From NCBI GenBank assembly GCA_054661495.1, contig BAAFSQ010000073.1:9650-41649 (forward strand): a stretch of 32,000 nucleotides of DNA, in the 5' to 3' direction. Numbering within the stretch: the stretch's first letter is position 1; each line of letters starts with the position of its first letter. The position numbers were made by a program, and so were the translations under genes. The DNA is from Zygophlyctis sp. KS116. Taxonomy: Eukaryota; Fungi; Chytridiomycota. The notes under the pieces are model-generated. The model did not search any database. It was not told where the DNA came from and saw only the letters and a list, made by a program, of their open reading frames with translations. This document shows, piece by piece, positions 1-13,427 of this stretch.

Positions 1-2223
1 CTATAAATTTAGTTTAGATAAGCAGGTTACATAAATTGTAGATTTCTACAATTTAAAATTCCTAAATTCAAGGATCCTTTTAAATTGTTTGTATTGAGAT
101 CCCTTAAAATTAGTTTTTTTAATCTTTACAATTCTTGTAAATTTAAAAGTTTCCCAATAGATAAAGGTAAATATCCAGATAATTTGTTTTTTGAGAGATT
201 TCTTGTTGATTAATCTCATAAAATTTACAGATTTTTTAAATTTTTCAAGTTTCCAATGGAACTTGGGATACTTGCGTCTAGTGTGTTTTTAGAAAGATCT
301 CTATTTAATTAATAATTTTGCTGAAAATACAAAACTTCCAAGTGTCTCAAATTCCCTATTTCTTGAGGTATCACTCCAAATAACTGATTATCAGCTAGAT
401 TTCTAAAAAGTAAATCAAATATTTAAAACTTACAAAGTTTGGAGAGATTTTAAATTCGCTATTTCTAGAGGAATGAATCCATTTAAGAAATTTCCATTTA
501 GAAAACTTTAAATTAATCCTTGATAACTTACAGTTTTCTTAAATTTGTAAGTTTTCCAATCTCTGGTAATAGTTTGCCTTTTAATTCTTGATTTTCCCAA
601 TTAATCTTTGTAACGATTCTTTGACTAGATTCTGAATCACAATATACACCCTCCATTTCACAGCACGCATCGATTGAAGTTGGATCGATTTCAGTGATTC
701 TTCCTAGCGATTTCCAAATCATAACCACCCACTGACAGTCATGAGAATTTCTAGTCTCTAAAAGACTTTTATGAGAAATGCTTTGTAGAGAAGTTAAAAG
801 TCTCAACTTTTCTGGAATTGATCCATGCCATTCATTGTTATGGAGTGAACTGATGCATTAACATTTTAAAAATTTACACTTTTTCCAGCCTTTTCAAATT
901 CACAATCTCTTGTGGAATAGTTCCAAACAATTGATTATTAGAAAGATACCTAATTATAAATCATCTTGAAACCTACAAACAACGTAGTTTTGTTAAATCT
1001 CCAATCTCTACAGGCACTGATCCATGAAACTTATTTTCTGATAGATCCCTAGCAAACTTAGTTTGAAGTGAAATACAGGTAATACAAATCTTCCAAATTT
1101 ACAATCTCTAAAGGAATTGCACCAGATAAATGATTTTTATGAAGATCACTTGGGTTTTTAATAAAAAGAATTACAGAATTTGCAATCTACCAAGATCCCC
1201 AATCTCCTTTGGTAAAGAACCAGATAGTAAATTATCTGAAAGATTCCTTTAAATCAAAAAATTAATCTAGTTACAGATGCAATAAACCTTCCATATTTCT
1301 GATTGATACAGGAATTGATCCAGACAATTGATTTTGACATAGCTCCCTTGTATTAAATCTAAAAGTTTTACAATTTCACCAATAATCTTAAATCTCCCAA
1401 TGATTGAGGAATTGAACCATAAAATTGATTACTATGCAGTGATCTTAATTTAAAGAATGAGATTTTACAGTTTTCTTAAATTCTTTAAATTTCCAATTGA
1501 CGCTGGTATCGTTCCAGTTAATTGATTATTTTGAACAAGACTTTTTGTAAATGATAAAGATTACATTTCTTTCAAGAATTTTAAATTTCCAATAAAAGAA
1601 ATTCCACCCAATAGTTTGTTATTATACAGAGATCTCTTATTAAAACCTTTAATCTTACAATCTATTCAATTTCCTTAATCTCTTAATAGATGTAGGAATA
1701 GATCCTGTCAGCACATTATCAGACAAATCCCTAGATTTAAGATATTAAAAACAATTACAGAGACTCCAACATTTTTAGTTTTCCAATATCTACTGGAATT
1801 GAACCAGAAAAATGATTATTTTGAAGATTACTAACAATTAAATCTATTGATTTTACAGAATTTCTAAACTTGTTAATTGACCGATTGACTGAGGGATTGA
1901 ATCATACAATGCATTATTAGATAGATCACTAGAAAATCAAAACCAAGAACTTACAGTCTCTTCAAAAACCACAATGCTCCTATTTCCTTGAGAATTCTTC
2001 CTTTTAATCCCTGATTTCCCCAATTGATTGAAATAACCAATGATCCTTGGCATTGCACCCCTGACATTTGACAGCATCCATTGAGCGATGATCCCTTGAT
2101 AGCGGTCTGTTTCCCCATCTTTTTCCAAATCTTGAGTACTATATCGCAGTCTGTACAAAGCGCCGATTGAATGGCAACCATCAATAGAATATACATCCCA
2201 GTCATCCCATTGATCATCATCAT
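1..2223 (-). CDS. Secreted/surface plant-type LRR protein (signal peptide, Cys-rich N-cap, 12 LRRs, second N-cap, at least 5 more LRRs); 3' end lies outside the window
   Basis: Manual splicing gives one open frame over exons 2223-1955, 1928-1857, 1830-1759, 1730-1659, 1633-1565, 1540-1469, 1443-1372, 1346-1275, 1246-1175, 1148-1077, 1048-977, 949-878, 849-532, 505-434, 402-331, 300-229, 201-130 and 102-31. There are 18 GT-AG introns of 24-31 nt, all phase 2. Repeats match LxLxxNxLxGxIPxxIGxLxxLxxL (e.g. NLSDNLLSGSLPKEIGDLGRLQIL). N-terminus is hydrophobic (MYILLMVAIQSALC). Exact start ATG uncertain. Confidence 0.92.
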
Positions 2224-2234
2224 AATAAAGACTT

Positions 2235-2259
2235 TTACAACTGATTACAACTGATAACA
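2235..2259. repeat. Short tandem repeat (TTACAACTGA x2 plus partial) in the 74-nt divergent spacer between the two LRR genes
   Basis: ttacaactga ttacaactga taaca read directly. Confidence 0.6.
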
Positions 2260-2297
2260 GATCGTAGTGTTGAGGAGGGCAGTTGGGGTTACATTTA

Positions 2298-3329
2298 ATG
2301 ATAAATTTATCTAATCAGTCACTCAAATCTCTTCCAGACATCCCTTTAGAAATTTATAAACTAGATGCATCTAATAATCCATTTGAGGAATTAATATTCT
2401 CACAAAAACTTAATTTATCAATGTTGAATTTATCTAAAAATCAATTAAAAAGTGTAAAACAATTGGAAAACTTGGAAAATTTGACTGTTTTAAATCTATC
2501 TTATAATGCATTACAGGAAATTCCAATCGGATTACCGGTCAAGCTAAAAGCATTGATTCTTAATAATAATCAACTCTCTAGCATTAAAAATCTCAAACTC
2601 TACAGTATAAACACTCTAGTGCTATCAAACAATCAAATTTGTCATTTTGAAAATGTTTATGGGCTAGGTCTAAAGAAATTGTCACTAGGGCATAATCTGT
2701 TGACAGAGTTTCCAAATTTAGAAACTAGTGATCTTCGAGAACTTAAAGTTAATGATAATCAAATTTCTAGGGTAGATTTAGAACAGATCAAATTAATTCC
2801 AAAATTAGAAATTTTAGATTTGGGAAATAATTCAATCAAGGAGTTTAGAGATATTATACATTTAATGTCTTTAAAATTAAGACAATTGAATTTAAAGGGA
2901 AATCCAATATGTCTTTTAAAGGATTATCAAGTCAAGATTAGGAAAATGTTGCCTAGTATTTGGGTTTTAGATGGTAAAAATATTAGAAATTTAGAAAAGT
3001 CTATACAGCACGTTCACGTACAAGATCAGAAAGTTAGTGACGCTGAAAAACATGACGTTCAAGATCAGAATGTGGAAATAAAAAAGAGAAAAAGGGAAAA
3101 TATAGAGTCTATTCCTATAATAGAGTCTAAAATAGAATCTAAAATAGAATCTAAAATAGAGTCTCAAGCAGCAAACGATTTACTAGATTTAAAAATTCCG
3201 AAAAATTCGGGATTGTTATCTGTTTCACATTTTTCTAAAAAAGAAAATCAAGATGGGAAAAGAAAAGATAAAGAGGAACTTTTAAGGGTTTTGGAAGAGG
3301 AAAAGGAAGTTGAAGTTTTGAAATGGTAA
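2298..3329 (+). CDS. SDS22-like leucine-rich repeat protein with LRRcap and charged Lys/Glu-rich tail
   Basis: Intronless ORF with LxxLxLxxNxL repeats, cap motif LNLKGNPIC...[17 protein letters not shown] and NLS-like KKRKR. First ATG is 2298 (the ORF track starts at a TTG). Confidence 0.8.
   Translation: MINLSNQSLKSLPDIPLEIYKLDASNNPFEELIFSQKLNLSMLNLSKNQLKSVKQLENLENLTVLNLSYNALQEIPIGLPVKLKALILNNNQLSSIKNLKLYSINTLVLSNNQICHFENVYGLGLKKLSLGHNLLTEFPNLETSDLRELKVNDNQISRVDLEQIKLIPKLEILDLGNNSIKEFRDIIHLMSLKLRQLNLKGNPICLLKDYQVKIRKMLPSIWVLDGKNIRNLEKSIQHVHVQDQKVSDAEKHDVQDQNVEIKKRKRENIESIPIIESKIESKIESKIESQAANDLLDLKIPKNSGLLSVSHFSKKENQDGKRKDKEELLRVLEEEKEVEVLKW
3120..3167 (+). repeat. 12-nt coding tandem repeat x4 ([16 protein letters not shown])
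   Basis: atagagtctaaa atagaatctaaa atagaatctaaa atagagtctcaa. Confidence 0.9.
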
Positions 3330-3451
3330 AAATCTATAGTGTTTTTAAACATGACTTAATAAATTCTCCTAATTCTCCTCCCAGGCACGACCGCGATTTC
3401 GATTTAATTTCTGCTGTAAAATATTTTAATCTTAATAATAGAACAATTAAA

Positions 3452-4790
3452 ATGAATGTGCTAAAAAGATTTCATAGAAAATTAACTTCAGGCTCTGGAA
3501 TTCAAGGAGTCGGATTCAGCATGACTCCAGAACAAAAAGAATTACAGGAACTCGCAAGGAAATTTACACTGCAAGAGATCATTCCTAAAGCTGCAGCTTA
3601 CGATGTCTCTGGGGAATATCCAACAGATGTCTTGAAAAAAGCATGGGAAGTAGGACTTTTGAATACACATGTCCCAGAGAAATATGGAGGCCTTGGGCTT
3701 GGAGTCTTGGATTGTGCGATCGTCTCTGAAGAACTTGCATTCGGATGTACTGGGATTCAAACAGCTGCAGAAGCAAATGGTCTGGCTGTAATTTTACTTT
3801 TTCATCTTTAGGAAGCACCAGTGATTATTGCTGGTAATGATCAGCAAAAAACAAAGTATTTGGGTCGAATGACTGAAGAACCACTAATGTGTGCGTACTG
3901 TGTGACTGAACCTGGGGCTGGAAGTGATGTCGCTGGACTTAAAACAAAGGCTGTGAAAAAGGTATGTTTAGAAATTAATTTTAGGGAAATTCTTGGGTTA
4001 TTAATGGAAGTAAAATGTGGATTACTAATGGTGGTAAGGCTAATTGGTATTTTGTATTGGCCAAAACAGATGATAAAGCACATACTGGAAAGGCTTTTAC
4101 TGGATTTATGTAATTTAAAATTTTTTCTTATTCTTAGTGTTGATGGAAATTCTCCTGGTATTTCTGTAGGTAAAAAGGAGTTGAATATGGGACAAAGAGC
4201 TTCTGATACTAGAGGTATCACATTTGAAGATGTAGAAGTTCCTGATGAAAATCGTCTAGGAAATATTGGAGATGGTTTCAAGATTGCAATGGGTGCTTTT
4301 GATACTACTCGTCCATTAGTTGCAGCAGCAGCAGTTGGTTTAGCTAGAAGAGCTTTAGAAGAGGCTACTAAATATGCGCTTGGTATTTTATGATTTATAA
4401 TGTTATAGAAAGAAAAACAATGGGTAAAGCTATTGCTGAGCATCAAGCTATTGCATTTATGCTTGCTGATATGGCTATTGGAGTTGAAGCTGCTCGTGGA
4501 TTAGTTTGGAAATCTTCTTGGTTGCGTGATAATGGACAACGCAACACATATATTGCGTCAATGGCAAAGGCATATGCTTCCGAAGTTGCCAATAAGAATG
4601 CTGCTGATGCAGTCCAAATCTTTGGTGGAAATGGATTCAATTCTGAGTATCCAGTTGAGAAACTTATGAGAGGTAAATTTCAATAACTTTACAAGTAGAC
4701 GCCAAAATCTTTATGATTTATGAGGGAACTTCTCAGATTCAAAGACTCATTATTTCAAGAGCACTTCTTGAACAAGCGAAAAACTCGTAA
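3452..4790 (+). CDS. ACADM: Medium-chain acyl-CoA dehydrogenase, mitochondrial
   Basis: Motifs [70 protein letters not shown]. Five introns of 23-28 nt. Presequence-like [13 protein letters not shown]. Probable 5'UTR intron at 3416-3441. Confidence 0.93.
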
Positions 4791-4800
4791 AATAAATCTA

Positions 4801-5879
4801 TTATGATTCTTTCTCTGAAGCCTTGGCAGCTTCCTGAGCCTTTTTCTTCGCTATAGCTTTTCTCTCTTCTTTAGTTTTTGGTTTCCTAAACTTTGCCCAA
4901 GGATCATTACTTTCTTCTTCTTCCACTTGTTTGATGATTCGTTTTGGTTTGAAAGGGATCTGAAATCCAGAGAGACATAGAGCAGTTTCCCAATCTGATT
5001 TTCCAGTGGTATGAATCAACAAATCAATATCAAAAAATAAAGGAAAAGAGTCAAAATGCGGCTCTATATCTGGGAAAAACCCGACAGCAGATTTTGGAAT
5101 ACGAATTGCAAGTGAACCATTATCATCACCAATTCCGTCAACACCATCCCACTCTCTAATTCGAGGAAGTACTGTCATTGCCAACTTATCCAAAAATTCA
5201 AACATTGCTGGACCTATGTTTATGAGTATTATCTTTAAATTATACCTGATAATTCAACTACAGCTCCTACTGGCATCCCTTCTCTAATACTTTTACTAGC
5301 ATCTCCAACTTCTGCGAAAAGGGGTTGTGCATGAACTCCTGTAATACTTTGCAAAATCATTATTGCAGAGAGTAAAATCATCTTATTTTTAACAGCTTCA
5401 TCAGACCAAATTTTTAAAATGATATTTCTAGGAATTGGCAGATTACTTGAAAGTGGCGACCAAGGTTTAGCAATCTTGACTTTATCATTTTCCCATTCTT
5501 CCTTTCTAACAATAGTGTAATCGATTGGATTATATAATCTTTTCCGATATTTTCTGGATTTCGTCTTGATCTTTGAAGTTGCATTTTCGAGCGTAAGTAA
5601 ATTCGTAGTCACAGCTTCAGTATTTGTTGGTAATTTATCTAATCTCTGAGAATATATTTTGTCAAGTGATGTAGGCGCTCTATTCCATTCCTGAGTCTTT
5701 GAAAGAAAATCTAAGTCAGCTTCGGGCGAATTATGATCATATGTCAAAATCATCAAATCGTCTAATAAAGTGTTATAGTAATGTTCTTCCAATCTCGGCC
5801 TTAATGCACAAGAATATGCTGGGAGAATGGATGCATTAGAGGTCTTGGCTGATAATAGCCGTTTGAACGATCGAATCAT
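4801..5879 (-). CDS. Mitochondrial large-subunit ribosomal protein uL5m (yeast MrpL7-like)
   Basis: L5 motifs LQSITG...IREGMPVGAVVELSGPAMFEFLDKL...VLPRIREWDG and FFPDIEPHFDSFP. Presequence-like MIRSFKRLLSAK. One intron at about 5213-5244. Confidence 0.85.
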
Positions 5880-5999
5880 TTTCTTACGGTTGACCCTGAA
5901 CTCTTGGCGCACCGTCAAATCAGTGTATATCTTCTTCATATTGACTTAATGACTGCATTTACAAGAATATCTGTATTATTAAAACATCGACTTTCCCAT

Positions 6000-6009
6000 C
6001 TGACGTCAG
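6000..6009. promoter_or_regulatory. Palindromic CRE/bZIP-type site (cTGACGTCAg) in a divergent promoter
   Basis: Perfect 10-bp palindrome just upstream of ATG 6017. Related TGACGTAA sits just before the ATGs at 13110 and 21403. Confidence 0.45.
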
Positions 6010-6016
6010 TTTGCTC

Positions 6017-7696
6017 ATGAAATTTATTCATTTAATCATTGTTTGTATCGGGTTAGTGAGATCACAATCGGTCTTTAGAGGGAATCGGACATTCTATCCA
6101 TCTCTCAAGCCAAGGCCTGAAGCGGCGCTTGCTGATATAAATTACGAAAATAGTGGAAATGGAATTGTGACAATTCTAAATCCATACGCCAGAGCAGTGT
6201 CAAGTAATACAAAGAGTTTGCAGCAGCAAAGAGCTTTATGGGCATCGATGAATCAGGTTAGAATATTATATAGGAATTTCAATGAGGCGGAAACATATGA
6301 TGGTATTTTATTGCTGTTAATCGTCAGATTATGTAGATCAGGTATTAATGTCTTGTAATTTTTCTGAAACAACTTCATTTGATATTATTTGGGTTAATGC
6401 AAGTATGAATGGTGTTTTATCAAAATGTTTGCTTGATTTATATGCATGGGATTTCAATATTGGAGATGGACATGATCCAAATATTTTATCTAATTCAATC
6501 GTTGAAAATAGGCTAGTAACACTGCCTTCAGGTATATATTTATATTTTGATCTTTTTTAGAAGCTTCATTGTTGACTTTAGTCAGTAATCAATTCTTGTT
6601 GTTGAAATATGAGTATAGCGAAAATCCCAAATCATTGGATGAAATAGAGACAATGTGCAATAGAATACTAATGAATGAAAAAGCTATGGATAATTACAAG
6701 ATTACTTGTATCACGGGGGCTTTTGGGAATGTTAATGAGTTCTTTTCAATAATTGTGACATGGTTGGCGTCTGTAAATGGCCAAATTATCAGTGGGAATA
6801 ATGTGACAGTTTCTTCTGATGAAACAGCATCTATATTGAACAAGATTAATGACTGGGTTGATAGCGGTATAATTCTACTCGATAATCTTGAAAAAAATTC
6901 AATAGAATCAACTTTAAGTCAATTTTCGGATGGTAATGCTGTATTTATGTTTGCGCAATTACCTCAAATCAATTACTTGAATCAGAATCCTCCATATTTT
7001 GAATGGAGTATTTCTCCATTTCCTGGAAGCAATTCTAATTTTATCGGTACTTTGAATGGATGGAGTCTTGGCGTTTATAAGTTTAGTAGAAATCCAACAG
7101 CTGCAATAAAAACGATCAAATGGATGACTTCTGAAGATACACAGAAAAATGCAATCTTATTATCAAACCCAGTGCTACTGCTACCAACTCGTCCCAAAAT
7201 ATACGAAAATTCAGAGGTTTGTAATTCAATGGGTCAGGATTTATGCAACAAATTTTCAAAGATCACTCCAGTAATACCGCCTTGGCAGCTAGCAGGGAAA
7301 AAATTCTATAATATGTCGATCCTCGTGACTGAAATATTCAGAAATATTATAATCAGAGAGATCGATGTAAATTCTGGGCTTGAAAATCTCTATCTAATTT
7401 TAAAATCTACATTTAATTTGGATGGCAAATTCGCCCAAATTGATGTACCATTTAGACCGGTAAAAAAGGGGTATAGTCACTTGACTCTTCAGGTCTGGAT
7501 CCTATCTGTGGTTTGCACTCTTATGACACTAATGGCAGTAGCTTATCGTCTGCGATACGCATATCTAGTCCGAAAACGCAATATGGAATCAGCCCAATCA
7601 CCGGATAATCAGAAACCTCCTGAATTTTTGCAGATGGCTTCCCTGAAAGTCGGAAATTACAATTTCCATAAATTGGAAGAAGAAACAGATAACTAA
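6017..7696 (+). CDS. Signal peptide + bacterial-type extracellular sugar-binding domain (periplasmic binding protein type 2) + C-terminal TM helix and short tail
   Basis: Two introns join three ORFs. Sugar-binding-protein-like motifs FDIIWV, LLDL, RLVTLP, LLLKYEY..PKSLDEI, GNAVFM, GTLNGWSLGV, AAIKTIKWMTS. TM segment VWILSVVCTLMTLMAVAY followed by basic residues. Confidence 0.72.
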
Positions 7697-7721
7697 TAGA
7701 GATTTATTTTGGGGAAGTTAA

Positions 7722-11325
<3,604 letters not shown>

Positions 11326-11398
11326 TTCTTAATGTAACGCGACCTTGACACGCAAACAGCGTAGTTTGCAGTTAAGTATCAGCAAATTTGAAATTTTA

Positions 11399-13110
11399 TT
11401 AAACATCTAAACTGCAATCAAATGAATCATCAGAATCACATGTATTATGTGATAGTAATCTTTCTGGACTGATAGTAATCGGTCCTTCAAACCACGTCTT
11501 GATTGACAAATTCCAAAAAATACTTGATAGGACTAGACACATACCAAGCATTAAAGGAGTCCAATTAAATGAATCAATTATACTGTTAAAGTAATCCCAA
11601 GTAAATTCTAGAGGAGGAATGCTGAAAATAGGTAAAGAAAGAGATATCACACAAATTATCAGCCAGAAAAGTGAGATTAGATTGATAAATTTTGACCAGG
11701 CTCCCATGGAAAAAGGTCCAGGAGAAAATGCTGAGCCTTGGTAAAAACGTAAAGAAATAGCTAGCATATATGATAAATAGGTTCCTTTATGATTAATAAT
11801 TTTAATTACCGACTGTACCAACTGAATTAATAGCAGCATACAAACTAGCACTATATATAGAAGGAAGAATAATCAATATATCCAAAATAACTATCAAGAG
11901 TATAATTCTAGTAGGAATTTGATGAGGATTAAGATGATGAAAAAAAAATGAAAATGGGAGCCCACCATCTCTAGAAAATGCATATGTCATTCTAGATTGT
12001 GATGCTATTATAGCATAAGGAACAGTAAAGACTAGTTTTAGTCTTTATAAATTACCAGTAATTGTTAGAATAATTGTCTGCAATAGACCAATGTTGGGTC
12101 CTTGAGTAATCAAGAAAATGTCAGAAATAGTTGTGGTTGTAACGGGTGATTTTGAAATATCATAATAGTCAGATGGCGAAATAGGTGATAAAAAGATAAT
12201 TATGCTTAGTAGCCCAATAGGAAACGCACATAGAATAGATGAAATAATTGAAATCGGAGCAGTGATTGATGCTCCAATAGTTTCTTCAGCGACTAATGCT
12301 GCTGAATCATAGCCTGTAAAAGTCATAGCTGCAGGTAAAAGTGATATAAATAGAGCATAAGAGTCTGAAAATCCTGTCATATTTGACCAGCTTGAGAGTA
12401 ATTCACTAAAACTTTGCGACTTTGAGCCTCTAAAAATTAAAAATATACATATAGTCAATAAAAAGAAAATGACAAACATACCTAGAAATCCATGCTGTAC
12501 CTCCTATATTGCATAATAGTCCTACAAGATTTATCCCCAAACATATTTTTGCCAACTTATCCAATGCTTTTGAACTCAAAGTATTCAAATATCCAGCAAT
12601 AAAAAGACTGATCATTGATATAAGAACCACTATAGATCGATACTCTATGCTTGTAGTTGGCATTGTTTCTGCAGTGAGAATCCCCTTGATGTAAAGGCAA
12701 GAAGTAGCCAGCACACCGACTTCATATGCAGTACCAGCTCCCAGTCCCCACATCCCTATAAAACTAAATAGCCCAGCATAATAACTCATAAAAGGCCCCC
12801 ATCCTCTGGGACTAAGTTTAGCTGCCCAATAGTAAACTCCTCCGCTTGTCGGATAAGCAGAAACTATTTCAGCTATGGATAATCCAACAAATAGAGAAGC
12901 TACTGAGACTATAGGCCATGTTATCAACAGTCCTCTTGGTCCTCCTGTTTGCAACCCAAGATATAGATAAGGAAGTAGAGATGCTGGAATCGACAGAATG
13001 GTAAATGCCAATCCAAAGTTTGAAAATGATGTCAAGGACCTCTGATACTCTTGCCGATATCCACAGATTTTTAATTCTTCCTCATCCGTTGAGACAGCAC
13101 CATTTTCCAT
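11399..13110 (-). CDS. APC-superfamily amino acid/GABA/polyamine permease (Uga4/Hnm1/Tpo5-like)
   Basis: GYRQEYQRSLTSFSNFGLAF, AEIVSAYPTSGGVYYWA, FTGYDSAALVAEET, SRMTYAFSRDGGLPFS, WFEGP. Many TM segments and three introns. Confidence 0.9.
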
Positions 13111-13375
13111 CAAAGCCTTTGATGACGTAAGTTGCTGAAAAAAAGGTTTTTTGTTGAGATCGGGTTTAGATCATTCATACTCAAAGACAAGTTTATAAAT
13201 GGATCTATAATGCTATTGGTGAGGCGTGGTTGGAAATGTTGGATTGAGGCTAATCCCTGAAAGAATGCGCTTGGCTGCTCTAGGGCAGCTGGATTGGGAA
13301 CAAAAAACAAATTATTTTCGGACTAATGCATGATGGACAACCTTATCAGGAAAAATAATCAATCGCTCTGCATAT

Positions 13376-13403
13376 TTGGATACTTGGATACTTGGATTGG
13401 ATT
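13376..13403. repeat. Short imperfect tandem repeat (TTGGATAC x2, then TTGGA repeats) just downstream of the P5 ATPase stop
   Basis: ttggatacttggatacttggattggatt read directly. Confidence 0.6.
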
Positions 13404-13427
13404 TTATTCAAGTTCTAAAGGCGATTT

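Noticed and set aside
1-1954. ~99-bp periodicity resembling a CRISPR array or satellite
   Set aside because: No identical nucleotide repeats. The period is fully explained by 72-nt LRR exons plus ~27-nt introns.
3323-3451. 43-aa N-terminal extension of ACADM overlapping the upstream LRR stop
   Set aside because: The region looks like a CpG-rich promoter plus a 26-nt 5'UTR intron. ATG 3452 gives a proper mitochondrial presequence.
3841-4446. 201-aa antisense ORF, and similar ones at 7908-8402, 24543-24812 and 30945-31244
   Set aside because: Shadow frames opposite well-supported genes.
5880-5939. Longer N-terminus for uL5m from ATG 5939
   Set aside because: ATG 5879 has a good context (AAAATG) and gives a presequence-like start. 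The upstream part resembles the divergent promoter, though it cannot be fully excluded.
6017-7696. Bacterial contamination or a bacterial ABC operon
   Set aside because: The gene has host-type mini-introns, similar base composition and eukaryotic neighbours, and no permease or ATPase partner.
13110-13310. 66-aa ORF whose TGA overlaps the permease ATG (possible uORF)
   Set aside because: Starts at TTG, shows no recognisable protein features and lies in a promoter-like region.
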